DNA of 64,000 nt from Fibrobacteria bacterium. GTDB lineage: Bacteria > Fibrobacterota > Fibrobacteria > UBA11236 > JADFYW01. Position 1 is the stretch's first letter, and each line of letters opens with the position of its first letter. Made by a program: the position numbers and the translations under genes. Under the pieces are notes generated by a model. It was given only the letters and a program-made list of their open reading frames with translations, did no database searches and was not told the origin of the DNA. Where the stretch lies: contig JBNKOC010000025.1 in the NCBI GenBank assembly GCA_050294405.1, positions 32,001 through 96,000 on the forward strand. The letters are read 5' to 3'. Shown here piece by piece: positions 29,697-39,202 of the stretch.

Positions 29697-30398
29697 ATGA
29701 AAGCCATTTATAAAATTTGTGCAGGTTTATTGTTGTTTTCAACATTGCAAATGGTTCATGGAGCAAATTCTTTAAATGTAAAGGAAGGGGCGCTTACGCA
29801 TTTATTTTACACACCGACTCCTTATGTTAATAAAGCGAATACCTTGGTGGTGGGTCTTCATGAAATTTCCTATTCTCTGGATGACAAATTGCAATTTCAA
29901 CTGTCCCTTTTTGATAACATTGGACATATTGATTTCGGGGCCAAATATCAAATGTGGGAGGATATTTCTCTTGGAATTGGCCTTGCGGGCACTATTAATC
30001 ACGCACATTGGGACTATGATGGCTATTATTACCATTCTTCATCTAATCACAAACGCCTGGGAATATATTTAACTGGAGATTTGGCTAATAGCGCTGGCTT
30101 TGCAGCGGCTTATACCCTTCACAGCCAAATTGGGGAGGAAGTTAATATTGGAGCAGATTTAGGTGGCATCAAAGGTTTTGGGCCAGTTTGGTCTTTGATT
30201 GCCGAAATAACCAGCAGCTTAAACGTGAACCACGCCGATGTATTTTTTGGCTTTAATGGAGGGGTTAGAATTGTACCTCCTCCCACGCCATTTTTATTTA
30301 TTGATCTTGGCCTTAATGCCCTTGGACTCAGTACTCCTCATGGAATTGATGGCCCAAGCTTGTATATTGATATTTCCGGGGCGTTTGATTTAAACTGA
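29697..30398 (+). CDS. Secreted hypothetical protein, probable outer-membrane beta-barrel
   Basis: Signal peptide and alternating amphipathic strands; begins 2 bp after cstA. Confidence 0.55.
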   Translation: MKAIYKICAGLLLFSTLQMVHGANSLNVKEGALTHLFYTPTPYVNKANTLVVGLHEISYSLDDKLQFQLSLFDNIGHIDFGAKYQMWEDISLGIGLAGTINHAHWDYDGYYYHSSSNHKRLGIYLTGDLANSAGFAAAYTLHSQIGEEVNIGADLGGIKGFGPVWSLIAEITSSLNVNHADVFFGFNGGVRIVPPPTPFLFIDLGLNALGLSTPHGIDGPSLYIDISGAFDLN

Positions 30399-30425
30399 TT
30401 CCGGGTTGTGTAAAAAAGGTTTTTT

Positions 30426-30926
30426 ATTTCAGAATACAAATACAGTATTAAAAAAACATCCTGGGGAAAGATGTTGGTAGGTAGTGATTCCAAAGGACTC
30501 ATTTATTTGTCTTTTTGGGAAAATCAAAAAGAACATCCTCCCTGGCTTGAAGAGGCCAAGTTAGATAACTCCTCCTTTAAAGATGTATTCCAGTGTTTGG
30601 AAAATTATTTTAAAGGTGACGCTAAAGCTTTAAGCCAGTTCTCCTGGAAACTGGGAAACGTGGGAACAACTTTCCAGCAGCAGGTGTGGAAGCAACTTAA
30701 AAAAATAAAGCCTGGGCATACTAAAAGCTATGGGCAAATCGCTGAGGAAATCAATAACCCAAAATCATTTCGCGCTGTGGGAGGGGCCTGCAATGCCAAC
30801 CCAATTATTTTACTTATTCCCTGCCACCGGGTGACGGCCTCTAATCACATAGGGGGTTTTGGGCTGGGCCTTCCTCTAAAGAAAAAAATGCTTCGCCACG
30901 AAAATTCTCAATTGGCATTTTTGTAA
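30426..30926 (+). CDS. ogt: Methylated-DNA--protein-cysteine methyltransferase; start probably upstream of the ATG at 30471
   Basis: GT.FQ..VW, SYG.IA, RAVG.A...NP....IPCHRV active site. In-frame ATT at 30426. Confidence 0.92.
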   Translation: MSEYKYSIKKTSWGKMLVGSDSKGLIYLSFWENQKEHPPWLEEAKLDNSSFKDVFQCLENYFKGDAKALSQFSWKLGNVGTTFQQQVWKQLKKIKPGHTKSYGQIAEEINNPKSFRAVGGACNANPIILLIPCHRVTASNHIGGFGLGLPLKKKMLRHENSQLAFL

Positions 30927-32021
30927 ATGAAAAAACCAAAGCAGTCACACCATAAAATGGGAAAGCGGGAATGGGCTTTCTGGGCGGCGCTTTTTATTGC
31001 CTTGGCCATTTTATTTTTAGTCCTTAAGCAATGCCAGGTCGAAGAAAAACCTGCCGAAACGGAAAAAATCCCGGATATAATTACTCTACCCGAACCCAAA
31101 AAAGAAATTATTTCCCCCGTAGATAGCGTGGTCCCGGAGAAAGAAGTTCCTCCCCCAGCTAATACTCCTAAAATAAAAGTGCCTGAACCGAAAGCCGATA
31201 CTACGGCGAAAGGAAGTATTGAAACAGTAAGGCTGGAGCTGAGCGCAGACACCATTTTTGAGCCTATTAATTACATCGATACTCTTTTTGTTTATGCGGA
31301 TCCCTGGGGCGGAAGGCACTTTGATTCCGCGGTGGTGAGTTTACATTGCCGGGAGAATTGCCCCATATTATACAGCTTTGGAGATAGTGTTAATTTAAAA
31401 AGTTATTATGAACCCCTGGTTATTCGCCGCAGCAGTGATTTGTGGATAGCAGGCATTAATGAAACAGGTGAGCAGAGCCGTCCTGTTAAAGTTCAATATA
31501 TAATTGAAAGAAAATCGGGAAATTGTGCCGAGAACATGGTTCCCTATGAGAAAAATGGCAAATCCTTTTGCATGGATGTATATGAGTGGCCCAATAAAAA
31601 AGGGGAAAATATCAAATCATTTGTAAACCATGAGGAGGCGGCCAGTATTTGCGAAAAGGCCAATAAGCGTCTTTGTAGTTTGGAGGAATGGCAGCTAATA
31701 TGTAAAGGCCCGGAAAAATTTAAATATCCCTATGGAAACGTTTACAATGAAAATTACTGCCCTGCTAAAGAAAAAAAGGCGGTTCGCTCTGGCAGATTTC
31801 CGGCCTGTCGAAGTTATTTTGGAAATTTCGATTTAACAGGCAATGTGTGGGAATGGACTTCGACCATATCCGAAAACAATCCCGATCACTATTTGGTGGC
31901 TGGGGGTAACTGGAGTTCTGGAAACCAAGCCAGTTGCGAAGAAGCTAAATACAGCTTTTACCCTCAAAACAAATATTTGTTTGTGGGTTTTCGGTGTTGT
32001 CGGGATATGCCTGAACAGTAA
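30927..32021 (+). CDS. Membrane-anchored FGE-sulfatase (SUMF1-like) domain protein
   Basis: TM segment, Pro-rich linker, FCMDVYEWPN, KRLC...EW...C, DLTGNVWEW, GFRCC. Confidence 0.85.
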   Translation: MKKPKQSHHKMGKREWAFWAALFIALAILFLVLKQCQVEEKPAETEKIPDIITLPEPKKEIISPVDSVVPEKEVPPPANTPKIKVPEPKADTTAKGSIETVRLELSADTIFEPINYIDTLFVYADPWGGRHFDSAVVSLHCRENCPILYSFGDSVNLKSYYEPLVIRRSSDLWIAGINETGEQSRPVKVQYIIERKSGNCAENMVPYEKNGKSFCMDVYEWPNKKGENIKSFVNHEEAASICEKANKRLCSLEEWQLICKGPEKFKYPYGNVYNENYCPAKEKKAVRSGRFPACRSYFGNFDLTGNVWEWTSTISENNPDHYLVAGGNWSSGNQASCEEAKYSFYPQNKYLFVGFRCCRDMPEQ

Positions 32022-32029
32022 GGCGAATT

Positions 32030-32809
32030 TTAAAGGAGTATTTTAAAACCAAGTCCCAGAAAAGGTGCGAACTGACGCAACAGTTTGTTTCCGTAATCTT
32101 CTTGAGTGGGGAACAGTTCAAAGCGGTTGTATACATAAACAGGAAATTTTACTACGGCTTCTACTCCTAATTTTACTGGGCCATGAGTAAAATAAGTTTC
32201 TCCAACTATGCCTGCGTGAAGGATGTTTAGATACATTTTTCCCTGCCAAGTGGTGCTGGGAGACTCTAAATCAGATTTAAAATCCGCTTTTTTAAAGCGG
32301 CCTAAATCTTGCCATTCGTATACAATATTTTCAAAGGAAGCCACCCACCAAATTTTTTTCCTGGACTGTAAATCGTAAAATTTAATCCGGCCTTCATAGG
32401 TTAAAATTTTTGTTTCGGAGGTGAAGTTATCTTCAAATTCGCAATTATCCATACATAATAAGCCACTTTGGTTTTGGTTATGGTATCCCATTCCCGCTGC
32501 CAGGCTAAATTCAATGGGCTTATTATACTGAAAACCAATTTCAAGGCTATAGGGATTGCTGTGGCGAAAGGGTAAAACTTGCAAATGATTTTTACGGGCA
32601 ATGTTGGGCAGAGAATTGGTGAGCATGGATTTTTTAAAGGTAAATTGGAGGGAGAAAATATCGGGTTTTTCTTCCCCATCCAAATCAATTTGCCCAAAGC
32701 CGGGAGAGGCAAAAGCCATACACGCCCAAAATATCAGGGAAAATTTCGCCCAAAAAGAATGTCCCAAACCTATTTTCATAATTTGCTTTAGGTAATTATA
32801 ATACCTCAA
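32030..32809 (-). CDS. Secreted hypothetical protein, possible outer-membrane beta-barrel
   Basis: Signal-like segment, amphipathic strands, C-terminal FLGLGFK. True start may be downstream. Confidence 0.5.
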   Translation of the reverse strand: MRYYNYLKQIMKIGLGHSFWAKFSLIFWACMAFASPGFGQIDLDGEEKPDIFSLQFTFKKSMLTNSLPNIARKNHLQVLPFRHSNPYSLEIGFQYNKPIEFSLAAGMGYHNQNQSGLLCMDNCEFEDNFTSETKILTYEGRIKFYDLQSRKKIWWVASFENIVYEWQDLGRFKKADFKSDLESPSTTWQGKMYLNILHAGIVGETYFTHGPVKLGVEAVVKFPVYVYNRFELFPTQEDYGNKLLRQFAPFLGLGFKILL

Positions 32810-32921
32810 AGTGAACGCGGTTCAAAACCGTTATTTTTATTAGTGTAAAAAAACCACAAGAAAGCTCGCTTTGTGCAGTTAAACTTTCACTTTTCCCCGC
32901 ATTTTGATAATTTAAGCCTTT

Positions 32922-33923
32922 ATGAATATTTCAATTATCGGCTCAGGTGCCTGGGGTACCACAATTGGCAAAATTTTAGCGGAAAATGGCCTTTTTCCAA
33001 GAATTTGGTCTCATGATGTGCAAATTGCCAAAAATATTAATGAATCTCATGAAAATATTGCCCTTTTGCCGGGGATAAGCCTGCCCAGTCAGCTCAGCGC
33101 CAGTACGGATTTAACTGAGGTTTGTAAAAACAGCCAATTGGTAATTTTGGTGACGGCTTCTCAGTTTTATGAGGATATCTTAAACAAGTTAAAACCCTTA
33201 ATTGGGAACGATACATTTATTTTATCTGCCACTAAGGGACTTAGCGAGGGAAAAAACCTTCGTATGTCGCAATTGGTATTGGAAAAATTAGGCGGCAATT
33301 ACTCAAATAAAATTGCCGTGCTTTCCGGCCCCAATATTTCCAGCGAAATAGCCCGGCAAAAACCAGCCACTACAGTAATATCCTCGGCAAACCCTGAACT
33401 TTCCATTAAGCTTCAGCAATTGTTCAGCAATAAATATTTTAGGGTTTATACTAACAACGATGTATCTGGAACCGAGTGGGGCGGCACCTTAAAAAATATT
33501 TACGCTATTGCAGCAGGAATTATTGATGGCCTTGATTTAGGCAGTAACGCCAAGTCCGCTATTATGGTGAGGGGATTGGTGGAAATGATTCGTTTTGCCG
33601 AAAATTTTGGAGCCCGAAAAGAAACCCTTTATGGACTGGCGGGTATGGGCGATTTAATTACCACCTGTTCTTCCCAAATGAGTCGAAACCATTTTGTGGG
33701 AGAGTGTTTGGGAAAAGGCGAAAAACTCCAGGATATTTTAAAAAAAATGACTGCCGTATCCGAAGGTGTATCAACCTGCCAGCATGTATATCATCTTGCC
33801 CAAAAACATAAAATCGAAATGCCTGTGACCGAAAAAATATATCAGGTGTTGTTTGAGGATAAACCTGTGGATATGGCTATATCAGAGTTAATGTCCAGAG
33901 AAAGCAAATCTGAAACCATGTAA
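32922..33923 (+). CDS. gpsA: NAD(P)H-dependent glycerol-3-phosphate dehydrogenase
   Basis: GSGAWGT, TKG, LSGPN, LKN..AIAAG, GLAG.GDL..TC.S..SRN. Confidence 0.97.
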   Translation: MNISIIGSGAWGTTIGKILAENGLFPRIWSHDVQIAKNINESHENIALLPGISLPSQLSASTDLTEVCKNSQLVILVTASQFYEDILNKLKPLIGNDTFILSATKGLSEGKNLRMSQLVLEKLGGNYSNKIAVLSGPNISSEIARQKPATTVISSANPELSIKLQQLFSNKYFRVYTNNDVSGTEWGGTLKNIYAIAAGIIDGLDLGSNAKSAIMVRGLVEMIRFAENFGARKETLYGLAGMGDLITTCSSQMSRNHFVGECLGKGEKLQDILKKMTAVSEGVSTCQHVYHLAQKHKIEMPVTEKIYQVLFEDKPVDMAISELMSRESKSETM

Positions 33924-33924
33924 C

Positions 33925-36255
33925 ATGGAAAAGGGTGCAGATTGCGGTTTTATTGTTTGGGCGGAACGGAAAGATTTAGACAACAAACATATCCAAAATT
34001 ATTATGCCAGAGGGTTGGACGGGACCCCTCTGGAAATTCGTATAGATTATTTTAAGCCTGTTTTTTTTGCAGTCCCTGACATTCCTGCCGAATGGACTCC
34101 CATTGAGGTTGATAGAAAACCCTCCAACTTAAAAACCATGGAAGAAAAACCGGTGGAAGCCTGGTATTTTCCCACAGAACAATCCTTAAAAAAAACCGCG
34201 CAGGATTTGAAAAAATCAGGTTTCCAGGTTTTTGAATCCGATATACATCCCTGCGATAGGTTTTTAATGGAGCGTTTTATTAGAGGCAGCTTTAGACTTA
34301 GTGGCTACTACATATGGGAAAACAATCGCAAAGTTTATTTAAACCCAAAAATGGAACCTGATTTTGCCAGCCCTGCCCTTAGCTTTTTTTCCCTGGACAT
34401 AGAAACCAATGGCCATAACAATCAGTTGTATTCCATTGCAGGCAGTTTTAAATCTTTTTGGAATAATAAGATAAGTGAAAAGGTTTTTATGCTGGATGAA
34501 GAAATCGAATCTTCGCAGAGTACCCAGGGCTCTACTGTTTATTGCGCTAGTGAAAAAATATTACTGAAATCTTTTTTGGAGTGGTTTCAGGAGTTGGATC
34601 CCGATATTATTATTGGTTGGCATGTTATTGGGTTTGATTTGCAATTGCTGCAGCAAAAATTCCATAAAAATAGGATGCCGTTTGCTCTGGGCAGGAATGG
34701 GCGAACGGCAAGGGTATACCAAAAGGAAAATGGCGATTTTGCCCATGTTCCGGGAAGAGTGGTTTTGGATGGCCCAGTATGCTTGCGCTCTTCTTTTTTT
34801 AGCTTTGAAGATTTTAAATTGAATACTGTGGCTGCGGAGTTACTGGGAGAAAAAAAGCTAATTGAAGAAGAGGATGAAGTAAAAATAAATTCCATTAACA
34901 AAATGTTTGTTGACGATAAACAAAGTTTGGCGGAATACAATCTTAAAGACTGCCAATTGGTGATGGGTATTTTTGAAAAAAGCAAGTTAATATCTCTTTT
35001 GTATAATCGTGTGCAGATTTCTGGCATGTTATTAGAAGCCATCGGCAAATCCAGTGCGGCTTTTGATTTTTTATATCTGCCAAAATTGCATCGACAAGGT
35101 TATGTGGCTTTAGATGTTGAAGATATCCCCAGGGGCGAGCATTCCGCGGGCGGCTTTGTGATGGAGCCCAAGGTAGGGCGTTATAAAAATGTATTGGTGC
35201 TTGATTTTAAAAGTTTGTACCCCTCCATAATAATGACCTTTAAAATCGATCCATTATCCAGATATATGGCTAATAACAACTCCCAGGAAACCCCAGTGGG
35301 AGTTCGTTATTCCTCTACAGAACATATTTTGCCGGATATTATTTCAGAAGCCATGGAATTGAGAAGCAAAGCCAAAACCGAGGGCAACCCCCAATTGTCT
35401 CAAGCCATTAAAATTTTAATGAACAGTTTTTACGGAGTGATGGGTAGCTATGGCTGCAGGTTTTATCACCCTGACTTGCCTTCCACAATTACCGGTACCG
35501 GAAGATGGCTCCTTAAAAATAGCGCCTACTATCTTGAAGACAAAGGCTATGATGTTATTTATGGGGACACGGATTCTCTTTTTGTGGTAAGCGGTAAAGA
35601 CAGTTGGGAAGAAGCTAATGTTTTGGGGAGGCAGTTGTCGGGGGAACTAACTGCTTATTGGGAAGAAAGGTTAAAGCGGGATTTTAATACCCGTTCCCAT
35701 TTGGAAATGGAATATGAAAAGCTGTTTTTGGATTTCCAGTTACCGGCCGGAAGGGTCCGGGAAGGTGGGGCTAAAAAGCGCTATGTGGGTATGTTGCACG
35801 GTAAGGATGGCCCTCAACTGCAATTTGTGGGAATGGAATCTGTCCGAACCGATTGGACGCCACTGGCTAAAAAATTTCAGCAAGAGTTGTATCATTTATT
35901 TTTTAATGACAAGGCTATAATTCCCTGGATGAGAGAATTTGTGGATCAAATATACCAGGGAAATTTTGATTCTTTGCTTGTTTATAAAAAAAGAATCCGG
36001 AAAAACCTGGAAGAATATGTGAAAAACATTCCGCCTCAAATTAAAGCCGCCCGGATGTTGGGAAAAAGCGTGCGAGAAGTGCAATATGTAATAACCCATT
36101 CCGGCCCGGTTCCCATACAACTAAGTCCCACTAATTTGGATTATGATCATTATGTACACCATCAAATTAAACCCATTGCAGATACGGTGTTGGAAATGAA
36201 TGGAGATAGTTTTGAGAATGCAGTATTAAATCGTCAACAGGCCCTTTTTGATTAA
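33925..36255 (+). CDS. polB: DNA polymerase II (family B)
   Basis: Exonuclease SLDIET and GW....FD; polymerase DFKSLYPS, KILMNSFYG, YGDTDS, KKRY; C-terminal QQALFD. Confidence 0.96.
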   Translation: MEKGADCGFIVWAERKDLDNKHIQNYYARGLDGTPLEIRIDYFKPVFFAVPDIPAEWTPIEVDRKPSNLKTMEEKPVEAWYFPTEQSLKKTAQDLKKSGFQVFESDIHPCDRFLMERFIRGSFRLSGYYIWENNRKVYLNPKMEPDFASPALSFFSLDIETNGHNNQLYSIAGSFKSFWNNKISEKVFMLDEEIESSQSTQGSTVYCASEKILLKSFLEWFQELDPDIIIGWHVIGFDLQLLQQKFHKNRMPFALGRNGRTARVYQKENGDFAHVPGRVVLDGPVCLRSSFFSFEDFKLNTVAAELLGEKKLIEEEDEVKINSINKMFVDDKQSLAEYNLKDCQLVMGIFEKSKLISLLYNRVQISGMLLEAIGKSSAAFDFLYLPKLHRQGYVALDVEDIPRGEHSAGGFVMEPKVGRYKNVLVLDFKSLYPSIIMTFKIDPLSRYMANNNSQETPVGVRYSSTEHILPDIISEAMELRSKAKTEGNPQLSQAIKILMNSFYGVMGSYGCRFYHPDLPSTITGTGRWLLKNSAYYLEDKGYDVIYGDTDSLFVVSGKDSWEEANVLGRQLSGELTAYWEERLKRDFNTRSHLEMEYEKLFLDFQLPAGRVREGGAKKRYVGMLHGKDGPQLQFVGMESVRTDWTPLAKKFQQELYHLFFNDKAIIPWMREFVDQIYQGNFDSLLVYKKRIRKNLEEYVKNIPPQIKAARMLGKSVREVQYVITHSGPVPIQLSPTNLDYDHYVHHQIKPIADTVLEMNGDSFENAVLNRQQALFD

Positions 36256-36273
36256 AGGACCCCCTAAAAATGG

Positions 36274-36342
36274 ACATTTCACAGCTCCTTCAAGCTCGAC
36301 AAGTTTATTCACAGGGCTCCTAGGTTCGGCCTTGCGAAATGT
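36274..36342. repeat. Intergenic palindromic repeat (RPE/REP-like), copy D
   Basis: gctccttcaagctcg (36284-36298) is the exact reverse complement of 26237-26251. Aligns with 12091-12130 and is bounded by acatttc/gaaatgt. Confidence 0.72.
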
Positions 36343-36354
36343 AATCTCTAATTT

Positions 36355-37248
36355 TTATTTCGAAACAAAAAGGACTGATTTAAAATCTGGATATTTAAAA
36401 CTAAAACCCACTTCTTCCAGATAACTGCTTTTAACCCGCAGGCTTTTTAGGAAGAGTTCCTCTCCCATTTCTCCCAATGCAAGTTTAATGGCAAAAGCGG
36501 GTACAGAAAAAAGGGTGGGTCTACTTACATATTTATTTAAGCTGCGGGTAAAGTCTTTATTGGTTACCGGGTTTGGGGCGGTTCCATTTATGATTCCACT
36601 GATTTTTTCATCCAGGGACCACTGCACTATTTGGCAGACATCCTCAATATGTATCCAGGGCATATACTGTTTTCCATTTCCAAAAGGAGATCCTAACCCC
36701 CATTTAAAAATTGTTTTCAGTTTTTTTAGCGCTCCTCCATTATGACTTAGAATCATTCCAAAACGAATTCGGGATACATTAATATTTTTTTTGGATAGGG
36801 CTGAGCTGGCATTTTCCCATTCCTGGCATAAATCGGGGAAAAAGCCGGTTCCCTTTTGGCTTTGTTCATCGATCCATCCCTCCTCCTGAGGCTCGTAATA
36901 TCCCACACCGGAAGCCCCGATAAAAACTTTGGGAGGGTTGCTTAGTTTTAATAGCGATTCCGTTAAAAAGGCGGTGGTTGACAAACGGCTTTCGCGCATG
37001 CGTTTTTTTTTGGGTTTAGTCCAAAGTCCCGAGCCTACATTATCTCCCGAAAGATGGATAAAGGCGAAGGCCCCTTCCAATTGTTTTAAATCAATTTGCT
37101 TTTGATAGGGTTCCCAGTGAATTTCCCTTGAGGATGTTTGTTGTTGCCTGACTAAAACATATATCTCGTACTGAGGATGTTGCTTAAAGTATTCGAGCAG
37201 GCTCTTTCCCACAAAGCCGCTGGCACCAGATATTATTATTTTTTTCAC
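36355..37248 (-). CDS. TIGR01777-family epimerase/oxidoreductase (YfcH-like)
   Basis: GASGFVG, SR...T, ASGVGYY, LC.EWE, G.G.Q..PWIH..D, APNPVTN..F. Confidence 0.93.
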   Translation of the reverse strand: MKKIIISGASGFVGKSLLEYFKQHPQYEIYVLVRQQQTSSREIHWEPYQKQIDLKQLEGAFAFIHLSGDNVGSGLWTKPKKKRMRESRLSTTAFLTESLLKLSNPPKVFIGASGVGYYEPQEEGWIDEQSQKGTGFFPDLCQEWENASSALSKKNINVSRIRFGMILSHNGGALKKLKTIFKWGLGSPFGNGKQYMPWIHIEDVCQIVQWSLDEKISGIINGTAPNPVTNKDFTRSLNKYVSRPTLFSVPAFAIKLALGEMGEELFLKSLRVKSSYLEEVGFSFKYPDFKSVLFVSK

Positions 37249-38591
37249 AAGTCTAACAAATTGCCCTGGTTGTCTGGCTCAATGAGCTCTGTGATTTCCC
37301 TGTTGGGCAATTCCTCCACTTTATTGAGTTTTCTTTCAATAGTTCGGGTTTTGGTGGTGGCGCTGGAAATGGTTTTGCTGGCTGTCTCCAGCTGTTTGTG
37401 TACCTTTTCCAGAATTCCTCCAAAATTGCCAAACTCCCTCTTTACTTCTCCTAATACCTTCCATACGTCGCTGGAGCGTTTTTGGATGGCTAAAGTTCTA
37501 AAACCCATTTGCAAAGAGTTAAGCAATGCGCCTAATGTGGTGGGTCCTGTGATTAGTATCCGGTTTTCCCGCTGGATTTTATCGCAAAGTCCCGGACGCC
37601 TGATAACCTCTGCATACAGGCCTTCTGTGGGCAAAAACAAAATACCAAAATCCGTTGTATAAGGAGGGTCGATGTATTTGTCCTGAATAGTTTTGGCCTC
37701 TGCCTTTATACGTTTTTCTAAGGCTTTGAGAGCTAGTTCAGCTGATTCAGGATCTGCTTTTTCCTGAGAGTCCAAAAGCCTTTGGTAATCTTCCTGAGGG
37801 AATTTGGCGTCAATGGGAAGCCAAACTAACTCCTCTAATTTTTCATCTTTACCGGGCAATTTAATGGCGAACTCTACCCGGTCATCGCTCCCCTTTTTCG
37901 TGCTAATATTGCTGGCATATTGATCGGGTGTAAGGATTTGCTCCAAAAGTCCGGCTAATTGTATTTCTCCCCAGGTTCCTCTGGCTTTTACGTTGGTAAG
38001 CACTTTTTTTAAATCGCCCACTCCGACTGCGAGCTTTTGCATATCTCCCAGACCTTTGTAAACAGACTCTAGTTGCTCTCGCACTAGCTTAAAAGATTCT
38101 CCCAACCTTTTTTCCAGAGTGGATTGGAGTTTTTCATCCACAATGGATCGCATTTCATCGAGCTTTTTCTGATTGCCTTCGCTTAGTTGCTGCAACTTTT
38201 CTTCCAGAGTTTTTCGATTTCCTTCCAAGCCTTCCTTATTGGTTTTAGTGAGGCTTTCCAATTCTCTTGAGAAACTTTCGAATTGGTTTTTTTGCTGATC
38301 TCCAATATCTCTCAATCTGTTGGAAAGTGATTCTCCTAATTCCTTTATGGATTTGGATACTTCTTCTCTCAACTGCATGAAGTTCTGGCTTAGTTCGTTT
38401 CGACTCTGACCCGCCTCTTCCCGGATTAATTTGTCCTGGCGTTCTTGGCCTTTTTCCAGTTGCTGGATGTTAGGCAAAAGTTTTTCTTCCACAGAGCTTG
38501 GAGTTTGCAACTTTTTTCCAAGAGAAAGATGTAAAAAAATTAATAGCACCAACAGCGCGATGGATAAGCAGGCCAGAACAATTAACAGCAT
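37245..38591 (-). CDS. rmuC: DNA recombination protein RmuC
   Basis: TM segment and coiled coil, K.RG.WGE..L, PIDAKFP, DF...FLPTEGL, GP.TL. Confidence 0.96.
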   Translation of the reverse strand: MLLIVLACLSIALLVLLIFLHLSLGKKLQTPSSVEEKLLPNIQQLEKGQERQDKLIREEAGQSRNELSQNFMQLREEVSKSIKELGESLSNRLRDIGDQQKNQFESFSRELESLTKTNKEGLEGNRKTLEEKLQQLSEGNQKKLDEMRSIVDEKLQSTLEKRLGESFKLVREQLESVYKGLGDMQKLAVGVGDLKKVLTNVKARGTWGEIQLAGLLEQILTPDQYASNISTKKGSDDRVEFAIKLPGKDEKLEELVWLPIDAKFPQEDYQRLLDSQEKADPESAELALKALEKRIKAEAKTIQDKYIDPPYTTDFGILFLPTEGLYAEVIRRPGLCDKIQRENRILITGPTTLGALLNSLQMGFRTLAIQKRSSDVWKVLGEVKREFGNFGGILEKVHKQLETASKTISSATTKTRTIERKLNKVEELPNREITELIEPDNQGNLLDL

Positions 38592-38677
38592 TAAAACCTC
38601 GTTTGGATATAATATCTACAAAATAAAAATTTATACCGGTCAAATTTTGTCCCATTAGTTACTGGAAGGCCCCTAAA

Positions 38678-39202
38678 ATGGGCCAGATTTTCGATTACAA
38701 TTTGGATGAAGTTTATATCTTTTGCCTGGAAGGTGATTGGATGGGATTGCAGAAAGACGAAATAATAGATCTTGCATCGCGTTATGTGGATGTGACTCGG
38801 GCCAATTTTCCTTATGAAAATGATTTGTTCTATTTTCTTATGCGGAAAGTTCCCGACAATAAGGTTTTAAAAGAAAACGAGGGTTGGCAGTTTACGGGTT
38901 ATGGACAGATTACCGAATATGTGCTCGATACCGAGGCCAAGCCTTTGGGAAAGTGGATATTTATGTATTATCTGGACTTTACCCGTTTTCCATTGGAAGA
39001 ACAATCTTTAAAATTGCAGCCACCTCACATTGTCAACGGCATGTTTCACAGTGCCGATAGAAGCTTTCAAATTAAAATGGTCAAATGTTTGCGACCTTCG
39101 GAGATTCCCGAAGATCACCAGCCTGCAGCCTTCGCTTCGGGCGAAAGCGGATCTTCGGAAGAGCCCGACAACATTATACCCTTTCCCAAGCGGGAACCGT
39201 AA
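38678..39202 (+). CDS. Hypothetical protein
   Basis: 174-aa ORF divergent from rmuC; ends in NIIPFP. Confidence 0.6.
   Translation: MGQIFDYNLDEVYIFCLEGDWMGLQKDEIIDLASRYVDVTRANFPYENDLFYFLMRKVPDNKVLKENEGWQFTGYGQITEYVLDTEAKPLGKWIFMYYLDFTRFPLEEQSLKLQPPHIVNGMFHSADRSFQIKMVKCLRPSEIPEDHQPAAFASGESGSSEEPDNIIPFPKREP

Noticed and set aside
32812..32877. SOS-box-like motifs upstream of gpsA-polB (TGAAC-GCG-GTTCA; AGCTC-N5-GTGCA)
   Set aside because: The spacers are 3 and 5 nt rather than the 4 nt of GAAC-N4-GTTC or TGCNC-N4-GTGCA, and I did not notice copies before the other repair genes.
33925..36255. Phage, casposon or pipolin family-B polymerase
   Set aside because: It looks like cellular Pol II, with no cas1, integrase, terminal repeats or phage genes nearby.
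12063..36342. CRISPR array or tRNA interpretation of the intergenic repeats
   Set aside because: The copies are dispersed and degenerate, with no repeat-spacer periodicity, no cas genes and no cloverleaf.
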